Positions 50,581 to 60,731 of a DNA stretch of 64,000 nt are shown piece after piece. The stretch's first letter is position 1. Each line of letters begins with the position of its first letter. The translations under genes and the position numbers were made by a program. Source of the DNA: Nitrosopumilus sp. (lineage in GTDB: Archaea; Thermoproteota; Nitrososphaeria; Nitrososphaerales; Nitrosopumilaceae); NCBI GenBank assembly GCA_965224195.1, contig OZ245040.1, positions 1,920,001 to 1,984,000 on the forward strand, read 5' to 3'. Under the pieces are notes generated by a model. That model was given only the letters and a program-made list of their open reading frames with translations. It did not search any database and was not told where the DNA came from.

Positions 50581-50747
50581 ATGAATCATGATTACACATC
50601 CAACGTACATCCTAACATCCACCCCATGGGAGCCTACGGCCCCTCACGTTTTTGGATAAGAAAAAATAAACTCAAACAACTATAAATTTCAAAATGCCTC
50701 AAAATCTGATCTTAAGAGTTAAATAATAATTTCATTGTTTTAAAACA

Positions 50748-50951
50748 ATAGTAAAGCCTAGCACTATTTATCATCAAATTGATTATGATATAAATTCTAA
50801 AATCTATACTGGTTATTGCTCAAGTATGAGACCAGTACGATTTTCAGACAAGGATGAATCCAAAGTAAAAGAACTAGTAGAAGATGGAATAGATGTATAT
50901 CTAGAGAAATATCCTAATTTCTTTGATAATTTCAACTCAAAAGAGGTTTAA
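50748..50951 (+). pseudogene. HicB-like antitoxin remnant
   Basis: IDYDINSKIYTGYCSSMRPVRFSDKDESKVKELVEDGIDVYLE; no canonical upstream start. Confidence 0.45.
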
Positions 50952-51008
50952 TTATTTTGTGAATTTAAGATCGTATCTTTAATTAACCAATCTTTACTAC
51001 TAGATAGT

Positions 51009-51242
51009 ATGCCAGAATATGAATTTCAAATACTTTGTCGTGATGGAGATAAAGTGTGTGATGATGTGATGAAAAGTATGAAAAAACAAGATTTTGATAA
51101 AGTAAAAAGAAAAGAATTGTGTAATGCAGATCATAGTGGAATAAAAGAATGTGATAACATTTCTAATGCTGAACAGATATCTAATGGTTTATTTCAAGAA
51201 CATCATGGGAATATTCATAGAGTTACAATTGTACCAAGATAA
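51009..51242 (+). CDS. small hypothetical protein
   Basis: 77-aa ORF with ATG start. Confidence 0.55.
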   Translation: MPEYEFQILCRDGDKVCDDVMKSMKKQDFDKVKRKELCNADHSGIKECDNISNAEQISNGLFQEHHGNIHRVTIVPR

Positions 51243-51301
51243 AATATATACATATCTAAATTACACAATCTATTATCATGCAAACAACACTAAAATCAAA
51301 T

Positions 51302-51679
51302 ATGATCGTCTTTACTCAAAATCAAGCAATTGAGATTGAACAATTTACAAAAGATCTTGAATCTGGAATTGTTGAGTTTGCCTTTGAAGGTTCATTATTG
51401 GAAGGCAAGGAATAGTAGACATTGTGGAAGCTGCCAATAACTAAAAAATTTGTAATTCAACTTATTCGACTATCTCGAGACGATCATAAATTCGTAATGG
51501 ATAATATTAGTTATTTATTAAAAGTTTCTGATGTTGACAAACCTTTTGATATTGTTGATGATTGTGATGAAAAACCTGAGGAAAAACCATTTCCAATTGC
51601 ATTTAAAATTAATTATGATGAACAAATAATTTATCTTATCTCTATTGAAGAACATCTTTTAGATTCTAATAATCATTGA
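51302..51679 (+). pseudogene. short acidic ORF (51302..51415) plus RelE/ParE-like toxin remnant (51422..51679)
   Basis: WK..ITKKF..QL.RL and IAFKIN..EQIIYLISI..H termini of the RelE fold; middle looks deleted. Confidence 0.5.
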
Positions 51680-52095
51680 TTTGACTGGATTAAAAAAAGC
51701 AAGATATCAAACTTTACAAATTTATCAGGATTGCCTATAGACATAATTACAAAAGCAGAATTTTTTATTTTTCCATCTTCATCCCATTCTTCTTGTATTT
51801 TTGACAATATCTTTTTGTCGGTAGCCCAAGAATGCCGATTATCAAATAATACAAAGAGAGTTTGAGTATTATCAACATCAATAGTTAATCTAGGATTATT
51901 GTTTTGTTCACTTTCATATTTAATTTCAAAAATAAGGTCATCACCTATTCCTTCTGCATTCTGTAACATCTGAGGAATTGATATGATGAATTGTTCTTCA
52001 GTGAGAATGTAAAATCTAATGTCTAAATCTTTGTCATCATCTTCAATCGTGGCTGAAATATGTAATTTATGATTGAGTTTTCCTGTATGATTCAC
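51673..52095 (-). pseudogene. truncated GOLD-like beta-domain protein ending at an NDT/TIR-like start (SAFVIMSIG)
   Basis: DIRFYIL...LFVLFDNRHS..TDKKI; shares 161 bp with 48858-49018. Confidence 0.45.
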
Positions 52096-52139
52096 ATGAT
52101 ATGGAATATAGTGAAGTCCAGATTTACCATGTAAGATTT

Positions 52140-52485
52140 CAAAAACAAAAAAGACCTACATAGTAGTAATAACCAAGGATTTTGAGGATGGCGGATTTGT
52201 TGGCAGATGTGACGAACTAATGCAGTATTAGAACGCGATATATTCGGAGATATGATGGAAAACATAAAGGAAGCAGGCTTGATATCTTTGGAAACTTTGA
52301 CATTATTGTTTGATAACAAGCATGTTAAATTCAGTTGAATTTCCACTCTCTTCGGCTACAAACTCTACTCCAGATGATAAGATACCTGCAAAAACAAAGA
52401 TTCACCATATAACTCAAAGGAAAGGAATCATCTGACACTAAGAAATGAAAATATCGTTACGGTGGTATCAGCAGAAAACAAGTGA
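52140..52485 (+). pseudogene. degraded hicB-hicA toxin-antitoxin pair
   Basis: TYIVVITKDFEDGGFVGRCDEL...MENIKEA (HicB) and MIRYLQKQRF/ITQRKG/HLTLRN..IVTVV (HicA) across broken frames. Confidence 0.65.
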
Positions 52486-52570
52486 TTGAGGATTAAAACT
52501 CTGTATTCCATATTGCTATATGCAAACATAAGCAAAGAAAATTTTGTCAAGGATTACAAGAATGTAATGT

Positions 52571-52960
52571 TTGACATTGCTTACAAAACAAAGATCGATG
52601 ATCTTGTTTGAAGAATCAATCAAGTCAAAGCATACCAAAAAGAATTATACATCAGACCTTACTCAATTCGGAAAATTCACAGTATTATTTAATGAAAAGA
52701 AGTTATTGGAAATTCCCATCAATGATCTACAGATAATGCTTGAAAACTATGTTCTGTACTTGAGGCAGCTGCAAACCCTAACTTCATACCGTCAAAGATT
52801 GGAGGAATAAAACACTTCTTTGTGATGAATCGAGTTCATCTTAATTGGGAAATAATCTACAAGATGTTACCACAGAGGCAAAAGACACCTAGCTTGAGAG
52901 CATATACTACAAAAGAAGTAAAAGTAATGCTTGCACATTCCAAAATCCTCAGAGACAGGG
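52571..52960 (+). pseudogene. tyrosine integrase N-terminal remnant, paralog of 25285..26213
   Basis: TKQRS.ILFEESIKSK.TKKNYTS and LNW.II.KM.PQ.QK..SLRA.TTKEVK shared with the island 1 integrase. Confidence 0.88.
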
Positions 52961-53077
52961 AGTGTGGTATGCAGGACAGCATCAATCCGGATAATAACAT
53001 TTTATATATCATATTTATTATACCTATATCTTGGGTAATTTGCAAGTAAAACTGGTAAAAAGTGAGTAGGGATTGCT

Positions 53078-53186
53078 AGCTCAATGTTACGACAAACCAG
53101 AGATAATTGTTGTGTATGATATTCCATCCGAAAAACAACGATTCAAAGACAGCTCAATGCTACGACAAACCAGAGATAATTGTTGT
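53078..53186 (+). repeat. 36-bp direct repeat with 37-bp spacer
   Basis: AGCTCAATG(T/C)TACGACAAACCAGAGATAATTGTTGT at 53078-53113 and 53151-53186. Confidence 0.9.
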
Positions 53187-53528
53187 TGGAAAAAACAAAC
53201 AGGAGATAAAATCAGAATTGGATAAAATTATTGCCGGATATGTAGAGGCCTTTCCAGAATCCAAATTTTTTACAAAAGATATTATGCACAAGGTGGTGTT
53301 TATCTGAAAATAGGCTAGCATCATTTTGTCAGAGTGTTGAGAGTTTTAGGATATGTGCAAATTACAACGACATCTGGTTTTTTGTATTTTGATCATTCTA
53401 TAATGAATAAAGTCACAATCAAAAAACAAAATATCTTGAGACATGATCAAATAATGAGATATCTTAATGTCATACATTTGCCGTTACCATTCTTTGAGCC
53501 AATTTACAAACAATGCGACAAAAAATAA
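53107..53528 (+). other. putative HicB-like (53107..53307) and HicA-like (53334..53528) pair, partly degraded
   Basis: AQCYDKPEIIVVGKNKQEI..EL..II.GY (HicB-like); LRVLGY.Q....GFLYFDH....VTI (HicA-like). Confidence 0.5.
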
Positions 53529-53539
53529 TGGGTGACTCA

Positions 53540-54314
53540 ATTATTCATCACCAAGGCAATAATCAAGCAATAATGAGAAAGTATTTGCATCTCTATTGTT
53601 GTATCTTCATTCCATCTCCTTGATGTACAACAAGAACTTTCCCGGACTCACCCCATGATGCTTTGCCATGTTCTGTTTGACAAAACTCTAAAAACCTTCA
53701 ATCCCATTAATGTACACATCTCCTTTTCCAAACATCTTGCTGTAATCAATGGATAGATGTTTGTAACCATTGAAAATCAACGAGTCATATCCTCTCCACT
53801 TGTCAATATGCGCTAACTTTCGTTCTTGACTTTTTTGATGGTACTTGCAAGAAGAGTAGTCTTTGCTTTTACATTAGTTACAATCTCAACGTGAACCTTG
53901 CCATTTCTCTCTAAAATTCCAAATACGATGGCCCTTGTTTTTAGCACCTCTGCCACGATTTCTCTTTCTTCTGCCTCCAAAATACGCCTCATCAGACTCA
54001 GTCTTCCCTTTTAGTTTCTTGTATGATTCTACCAGATGATACAGATGGCATATCTAATGCAATCAAAAGCATCTAGTGCAGTTGGATAACTGACATTGCT
54101 TCTCTAGCTGGATTTGATATCGTAATATTGATTTTACAAAATGGTTGGGCTCTAGTCAAACCACTTTATCAGAATAAGTGCAAGACATGATGTTCTACTA
54201 GATGGCCTGTAATCTGTTTTGCAATCTTTGCATCTTAATTTTTCTCTTGAGATCCTTCAGCTAAAGTCACGCGTAGAACTTGCCCTTTTCATCCCCAGTT
54301 TGGTGGGAGAGTCC
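53540..54314 (-). pseudogene. IS1595-family transposase, heavily degraded
   Basis: RCKDC, VSYPTA, GKTESDEAYFGGRRKRNRGRGA, VFGILERNGKV, YINGIEGF in broken frames. Confidence 0.85.
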
Positions 54315-54335
54315 TGTGGAATTGAATCTGGTACT

Positions 54336-54719
54336 CTAAAGTGCTACTAGCTTTACCGTATCCATGTTTTTGTTTGTTTGAAAGTTTTTTGTCATTGTAG
54401 ATACTTTTTCTGCATCCCCATCAATTAGAAATAACTCCATGCATTTTTCTTTTTCAATCTTACTATGAAGATGGGTTGTAATTAGATCCTCAAAATTATG
54501 TGTAATTCCAGAAACTACATGATCAAACTGATCATTATGTACAACCAAAAGAATTGCATGAATGTTTCCAGACAAATCTGCTTTTTGTTTTTCTTCAGAA
54601 ACAAATGCTCTAATTCCTGCTCTGATAGTTTCTGATCTACCTGAGAATCCCATTGAAGATTGAAGCTTGTCTAATTTAGATAGAATCTCGTCATTTAGAG
54701 AGACTGAAACTATTGGCAT
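54336..54719 (-). CDS. NikR-like RHH metalloregulator
   Basis: IVSVSL...GFSGRSE.IR; THLHSK...CMELF. Confidence 0.88.
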   Translation of the reverse strand: MPIVSVSLNDEILSKLDKLQSSMGFSGRSETIRAGIRAFVSEEKQKADLSGNIHAILLVVHNDQFDHVVSGITHNFEDLITTHLHSKIEKEKCMELFLIDGDAEKVSTMTKNFQTNKNMDTVKLVAL

Positions 54720-54809
54720 ACGCCTAATGTTATTAATTATCTTATAAGTTTAGCAATAAATTTTATTAAGATTTTATAAATTTATTAATAATCTAGACTG
54801 AACTGCTGC

Positions 54810-55688
54810 GTGAATGCCCAAACTAAGATGGCCATACTTGCAATTGTAATAGTAATTTCATTGACTTCAGTTGTTGTTTATGGCACCAATACCAATCAAC
54901 AGTTTACAAATAATGATAATTCTAAACCTCAAGCCATTTCGTCATTTAATCCACTTCATGAATTTTCTCAAATTGTGAGTGGAGAAAAAATTGATGTAAC
55001 CTTACTTGTTCCAGTTGGAGTCGAACCACATGATTGGGAACCTACAATAAAAGATGTTCAACAAATGCACAGGTCTGATTTTATAATAATTAACGGGATA
55101 GGTTTTGAAAATTGGGTTGATAATTTAATTGAAAATAATTACCAGGGAACAATAGTTGACACTAGTAAGCAAATCCCAATCAAAGAAACAGATCCACATA
55201 TTTGGTTAAATCCAGTTTTTGCAATTAACCAAGTAGGAAATATTGCACTAGCTTTTTCAAATTCAGATCCTGAAAATGGAGAATACTATATGACAAACGC
55301 TGCAAAATATAGTGAAAAATTACATTCACTTGATTCAAAAATTAGAACTGATTTAAAAGATTGTAAACGTGATTTTATTGCATTTCATGATGCATTTTCT
55401 TATTTTGCAGATGAATATAATTTGAATCAACATACTATTGTTGCAACAACTAATTCTCATGGAGAAGCTACTGCAAAAACATTAGAAAATGTAATTTCAA
55501 CAGCTAGAGAATTAAATATTAACATAATTTTTAGCGAAGAAACTGTAAACACAAAAACTTCCCAAATTATTGCAAATGAAATAGGCGGCAAGGTTTTAGT
55601 TTTATCTCCACTTGAGATTGTTTCTGAAGATAACTATATTTCAAAAATGACTCAAAATCTTGAAAATCTAAAGGAGGCATTATGTTGA
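54810..55688 (+). CDS. Zn/Mn ABC transporter substrate-binding protein
   Basis: EPHDWEPT, DPHIWLNP, FHDAFSYFA. Confidence 0.93.
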   Translation: MNAQTKMAILAIVIVISLTSVVVYGTNTNQQFTNNDNSKPQAISSFNPLHEFSQIVSGEKIDVTLLVPVGVEPHDWEPTIKDVQQMHRSDFIIINGIGFENWVDNLIENNYQGTIVDTSKQIPIKETDPHIWLNPVFAINQVGNIALAFSNSDPENGEYYMTNAAKYSEKLHSLDSKIRTDLKDCKRDFIAFHDAFSYFADEYNLNQHTIVATTNSHGEATAKTLENVISTARELNINIIFSEETVNTKTSQIIANEIGGKVLVLSPLEIVSEDNYISKMTQNLENLKEALC

Positions 55689-56404
55689 AAGTAGTAGAAA
55701 TCAACAACTTGACAGTACAGTATCCTGATGTTAAGGCTCTTGATGATGTTAGTTTAGTTGTTAACCAAGGTGATTTTTTAGGCATAATTGGGCCTAATGG
55801 AGCAGGAAAATCTACACTTTTTGCATCAATGCTTGGTCTTAACACCAAATACAAAGGAACAATCAAATTTTTTGATGAGGACATAAAAAAATCAAAAAAT
55901 TATCTGAAAGAACTTGGATATGTTCCACAAAAACCAATCTTTGAAAAAAATTTCCCAGTAACAGTTACTGATGTAGTTAGAATGGGATTAAGAAAAGAAT
56001 CTGATGAGAATAAAATTGATAAAATTTTACAACAGTTGTGGATACATGAACTACGTGAAAGAAGAATAGGTGAATTATCTGGAGGTCAACAACAACGTGT
56101 TTTTATTGCAAAGGCTTTGGTAAATAACCCAAAAATTTTGATCTTAGATGAGCCTGTAACTGGGATTGATCAACAAAGTATTGATTTGTTTTATAGTATT
56201 CTACATGAATTAAATTCTAAACAAAAAATTACCATTATTTGGTCATCCCATGATTTGGATGCAGTAAACAAGCTAGCAAATCACGTGGCATGTCTGAATA
56301 GAACTTTGTTCTTTCATGGCGAATCTGAAAAATTCTTTTCTGATGATGAACTGGTTAAACAATATTCTGAGGCCTCAATGCAGGAACACATGCATCATCA
56401 TTAG
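55682..56404 (+). CDS. Zn/Mn ABC transporter ATPase
   Basis: GPNGAGKST, LSGGQQQR, LDEP, SHD, His-rich tail. Confidence 0.95.
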   Translation: MLKVVEINNLTVQYPDVKALDDVSLVVNQGDFLGIIGPNGAGKSTLFASMLGLNTKYKGTIKFFDEDIKKSKNYLKELGYVPQKPIFEKNFPVTVTDVVRMGLRKESDENKIDKILQQLWIHELRERRIGELSGGQQQRVFIAKALVNNPKILILDEPVTGIDQQSIDLFYSILHELNSKQKITIIWSSHDLDAVNKLANHVACLNRTLFFHGESEKFFSDDELVKQYSEASMQEHMHHH

Positions 56405-56406
56405 TC

Positions 56407-57225
56407 ATGTCTCTTGAAATTCTAACTTTTGGTTTTATGCATAGAGCATTAATTTCCGGAGTTGCAATTGCAATTCTTTGTTCAGTTGTAGGATTGTTTC
56501 TAGTTTTAAGACGTTATTCATTATTTGGAGATGCAATAGCCCATTCATCATTTGGAGGAATTGCTTTAGGATTATTGGCTGGTGTTTACCCATTATGGAC
56601 TGCATATGCTGTTTCTATAGCCAGTGTACTGATAATTACAAAAATTAAAGACAAATACAACATCTCTGGAGATGCATCTATTGCAGTTTTGTTGTCTTCA
56701 GGCATAGCAGTTGGGCTTATAATTATTGGATTGTCTGGTGGATTTACAATTGACATCTTTAGTTTTCTATTTGGTAGCATTCTACTTGTTAGTATAGATG
56801 ATACTGTTCTAGTTTTGGCATTAACTGGAGCAATTCTAATTGTAATTTTGTTACTTTATCGACAACTTCTTTATTCGACATTCAATGAAGAACAAGCCAA
56901 AGTTAGTGGAATTCCTGTAGAAAAAATAAATTACTTGATTGTATTTATGGCAGGAATTACTGTAGTTACATCAATTCAACTTGTAGGCGTATTGTTAATT
57001 TCAGCTCTATTTGTAATTCCTAATGTTACAGCAATAATGTATGGTAAAGGATTCAAACAAACAGCAATTATTTCAATGAGTTTTTCTGTTTTTTCAGTTG
57101 TAGTAGGAATTCTAGTTTCTTACGTCTTTGATATTACTCCTGCAGGAACTATTGTATTAATCGCAATTGCATTACTTGCAGGAACTATGGGGATAAAATC
57201 AGCTGGATTGTTATCTAAGAATTAA
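56407..57225 (+). CDS. Zn/Mn ABC transporter permease
   Basis: LRRYSLFGDAIAH, FLFGSIL, VGVLLISAL. Confidence 0.94.
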   Translation: MSLEILTFGFMHRALISGVAIAILCSVVGLFLVLRRYSLFGDAIAHSSFGGIALGLLAGVYPLWTAYAVSIASVLIITKIKDKYNISGDASIAVLLSSGIAVGLIIIGLSGGFTIDIFSFLFGSILLVSIDDTVLVLALTGAILIVILLLYRQLLYSTFNEEQAKVSGIPVEKINYLIVFMAGITVVTSIQLVGVLLISALFVIPNVTAIMYGKGFKQTAIISMSFSVFSVVVGILVSYVFDITPAGTIVLIAIALLAGTMGIKSAGLLSKN

Positions 57226-59986
57226 TCAAAGAATTTAGTCTTCTTTTATCTTTCACACTCTTCACAAAAAATAATGATGTTGCAATTATTCCTAATGCAA
57301 CCAATGGTGATGCAAGTTCAGTATATTTTATTTCTACACTATTTGATTCTTGAATTTGTGAAATACTAACTGGAATTTCTGTTAACTTTACTGTACCAAT
57401 TTTATTTGATTGTTGTTCAACAAACCAAACATTATCACTCCCATCTGATGTCATAAACTGAACAAATGATGAATTTGTTGGAACTGGTATGTCAATCAAA
57501 TCGTTGTTATCTGGATCATATGCTCCTATATAATCAACTGTATGTTGTGCAAACCAAATATTACCATATCTATCAACAGTCATTCCAAATGGTGATACAT
57601 CATCTCCTGGTATTGAGATTCTTTCAAATGTTTCTAAGACTGGATTAAATCTTGTAATTGCAGAGCCTGTATGTTCGGTAATCCATAGATTTCCTTTATC
57701 ATCAAAGAACAATGCTTCAGGACCTTGTATTGTATCAGTTAGAATTTGGGTAACTGTGTTATCATTAGGATCAATATATCCAATTTTACCATTACCTGCC
57801 ATACCAAACCATATCTTTCCTTCTTGATCTATTGATAATGAAAATGGGAATGTTTCTTTTCCTGGCAATACAATTTCTTCAAAAGTTTCTAATTCTGGCA
57901 AATATTTCATGATTTTATCTTTATTGACTATTGTTATCCAAATATCTCCGTTAAAATCAGCTTGTATACCAAATGGCATGTTTTTTGAAATTAATGGATC
58001 CAGTTTTGGTATTGTTATTGTAGAGATTTTTTTAGTTTCAATGTTTATGAACCCTATTTGATTTCTTGGAGGATCACTAAACCATACATTTCCTTTATTA
58101 TCATATGTTAGAAATGTAGTACCAATTCCATCAAATGAATAAGATAAAAATTCTTGTTTATCTAATGTAAACTGCCATATCCGTGGAGCTGATGGATCAC
58201 TAATCCAAATAGAATCTTTTCCATCGTAAACTGGGAATAGTGGCTTTGCATTTTCTGGTAATTCATACTCAATAACTTGTGTCTGAATATTTACTAGTCG
58301 TGGTTTTACAAGTAAGTTCAACATTATTGATTCATTTGCATTCTCAGTTCTTTGAGCTTCAATCTCTACTAACCATTCTCCTGAAAATCCAAATGTTAAC
58401 TCTCCTTCAAACTTAATTGGATCTGAGAGATTCTTTGTTGATATTGGAACTTCAATAGGGGAAATATTTTTTGATGGATTTGAAATTTTTACTTGAATTT
58501 CTTCTGAATCATAGAGTTGGTTTCCTTCAAAATCACTCACTTTTACAAAAATTGTATTTGTTCCGCTTGAAAATGGAATAATATCTATCTCAAATTTTGC
58601 ATTTTCTGAAAATTGGGTAGTTTTGAAACCATAAATGATCTCTTGCGCATCCACTTTTTGGATTTCTCCTGCGGGTAATGTTCCATTAGTCAGTAGTGCT
58701 ACAACTCCAAGAAGAATTATTCCTAACACTGCTTCAACTTTAAGAGGTTTTTTTAATTTTTTATGAACTGATATTTTACCTGATGAAAAATTCTTTTCTG
58801 CATTTTTTTGAATATTAAATTGTAAAAATCCACCTAATCCAACTATTATTGCAGCAATTGCAATTTTTAGAATAATTAATTGACCAAATACTGATTCAGT
58901 GATTAATCCAACATCACTTTCTAAGAACCACATCAAAGTTGGTCCAGTAATTATTACAATTCCTATAGAAATAATGAAAGCAATTGAAAATCTTGGTATT
59001 ACAAGCAGACTCATTTTTTCTTTAGTAATTTCTTTTAATTGTGAAAATGTTGGAAGCAATGTAAACACAAAATATATGATTCCACCTATCCAAACTGCTG
59101 AAACTAAATTGTGAATGTAATCTAATGCTAAGGCCCCTATTTGCTCACTAGCTGCACCGTGTCCTATCAAACTAGAAGTTGAAATTAGTACTAGAGATGT
59201 GATAAGCATTGGAATTTGATTTTTCTTTGATAATATTTTTTTCCTATCCATTCCAAACCAAATTCCAAGTAATACTATTGTAATTATCATTCTAGCAAGC
59301 CAAACTGTACCAAAATAGGTTTCAATCACATCTAATGGAGATGCTTCTAATCTGATTGTTTGAACAACTATCATCAAAATATCTGAAATGAATACTAGCA
59401 TCAATCCTATACCTGTGATAGACATGAATTTTGCATGATGAAGAATTTCTACTTTGTTTAATTCATCTTTGATTACTAACTTGTTCTGTGTTCCCCAAAT
59501 TAGTAATGAAGCAATTACTGCACCTAAAACAATGGTCTGACCTAAAATTCCAGGAAATCTTGCTGCGGCATAATCATAAAATATAATTTCTAAATCTACT
59601 TCAGGTGGATTTTGATCTTTAATTATTACATCTCCTACACCAAACAAGAATGCACTTGGAACTAAATGTCCATCAACTTTTGAGAGAACTTTAACTGATG
59701 CGGTATAAACTCCATCATCTAGTGAAGAAGTAGTAACAATAAGAGATAATTCATTTTCATGGTAATCGGTATCTTTGTTATCAATTTGATTTCCATTACT
59801 GTCAAAAACTTTGATTTCACTAAAGTTGATATCTACAGGTTCTGAAAAATACACAATTACTTCTGTTGTACCTACTGGTGCGTTTGATCCTAAACTTGGA
59901 ATAGTTTTTTCTGTAAATGGATGTGCTGCTGCAAATGGAATCGAAATGAATGATATGACTAGTAAAATTATTAGAAATTTTCTCAT
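57215..59986 (-). CDS. CopC-CopD-beta-propeller (Vgb/NHL-like) copper resistance/uptake fusion
   Basis: mature N-terminal His (AAAHP), FSEPV, DGH; TM region with GHGAA and WIGG; repeated D..G.IWF.E. Confidence 0.9.
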   Translation of the reverse strand: MRKFLIILLVISFISIPFAAAHPFTEKTIPSLGSNAPVGTTEVIVYFSEPVDINFSEIKVFDSNGNQIDNKDTDYHENELSLIVTTSSLDDGVYTASVKVLSKVDGHLVPSAFLFGVGDVIIKDQNPPEVDLEIIFYDYAAARFPGILGQTIVLGAVIASLLIWGTQNKLVIKDELNKVEILHHAKFMSITGIGLMLVFISDILMIVVQTIRLEASPLDVIETYFGTVWLARMIITIVLLGIWFGMDRKKILSKKNQIPMLITSLVLISTSSLIGHGAASEQIGALALDYIHNLVSAVWIGGIIYFVFTLLPTFSQLKEITKEKMSLLVIPRFSIAFIISIGIVIITGPTLMWFLESDVGLITESVFGQLIILKIAIAAIIVGLGGFLQFNIQKNAEKNFSSGKISVHKKLKKPLKVEAVLGIILLGVVALLTNGTLPAGEIQKVDAQEIIYGFKTTQFSENAKFEIDIIPFSSGTNTIFVKVSDFEGNQLYDSEEIQVKISNPSKNISPIEVPISTKNLSDPIKFEGELTFGFSGEWLVEIEAQRTENANESIMLNLLVKPRLVNIQTQVIEYELPENAKPLFPVYDGKDSIWISDPSAPRIWQFTLDKQEFLSYSFDGIGTTFLTYDNKGNVWFSDPPRNQIGFINIETKKISTITIPKLDPLISKNMPFGIQADFNGDIWITIVNKDKIMKYLPELETFEEIVLPGKETFPFSLSIDQEGKIWFGMAGNGKIGYIDPNDNTVTQILTDTIQGPEALFFDDKGNLWITEHTGSAITRFNPVLETFERISIPGDDVSPFGMTVDRYGNIWFAQHTVDYIGAYDPDNNDLIDIPVPTNSSFVQFMTSDGSDNVWFVEQQSNKIGTVKLTEIPVSISQIQESNSVEIKYTELASPLVALGIIATSLFFVKSVKDKRRLNSLINS

Positions 59987-60072
59987 TTGTTGATAAGATC
60001 ATTTATGACAATTTAAACAGTTTACCTCTTTCTAAATTTGTACCAATTTACATAAAGATAATAACTGATGAA

Positions 60073-60717
60073 TTGTCAATGATGGTCGTGAAGATAGCAG
60101 TTTTTGGTTTAATAGCAATATTGTTTTCAATTGGAATGATTTCACCCTCATTTGCACATACTACTGTACATGTTGAACGATATGCAATTGAAGCAGGATG
60201 GGGAATTGAACCACCTGTAGTTGGTATTAGAAATGATCTTGTTTTCAAAATTACTGAGTCAGGAGAAAAAGAAGGTACATACACAGGAGTTACCAGTGTC
60301 TTCAAAAATATTGATGCTACTGTAATGTATGGTGGGGCATCCAAAAAAGTTGATATTAATTCTGATCCAAGACCTGGATATTATTTCTCACCTATTATTC
60401 CAACCAAAACTGGAAGTTACATGGTTGAATTCAAAGGAGAAATTCGAGGTGTATCTGTTGATGTAAAAATTCCTGTTGAGGATGTAGAGCCTACAGCAGT
60501 ATTAGATTTTCCTCCTTCTTCTAGTGCTGGAAATACTGATATTGCTGCACTAAAAAATGCAATTGCATCATTACAACAAGATGTTTCTAAACTAAATTCA
60601 GGTGAAACTAACATTGATTCTAATGAAGGTCAAGCTTATGACTTTGCAATATTTGGATTATCAATTGCATCGGCAGCTATCATACTTGCAATTATATCAT
60701 TAATAAAAAGAAAATAG
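60073..60717 (+). CDS. secreted membrane-anchored protein with N-terminal His
   Basis: signal peptide ..FAH, GWGIEPP, C-terminal TM segment plus KRK. Confidence 0.8.
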   Translation: MSMMVVKIAVFGLIAILFSIGMISPSFAHTTVHVERYAIEAGWGIEPPVVGIRNDLVFKITESGEKEGTYTGVTSVFKNIDATVMYGGASKKVDINSDPRPGYYFSPIIPTKTGSYMVEFKGEIRGVSVDVKIPVEDVEPTAVLDFPPSSSAGNTDIAALKNAIASLQQDVSKLNSGETNIDSNEGQAYDFAIFGLSIASAAIILAIISLIKRK

Positions 60718-60731
60718 AAAAAGAGGTATTC

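Noticed and set aside
48858-51884. Diversity-generating retroelement template/variable repeat pair
   Set aside because: Only one mismatch, no adenine-specific variation pattern and no reverse transcriptase in the window.
53078-53186. CRISPR array call for the 36-bp repeat pair
   Set aside because: Only two copies, no palindrome or typical 3' end, no cas genes, and the repeat encodes part of a HicB-like protein.
54720-54809. Three TTATTAA motifs as a NikR-like operator
   Set aside because: Plausible, but too AT-rich to distinguish from background or TATA elements.
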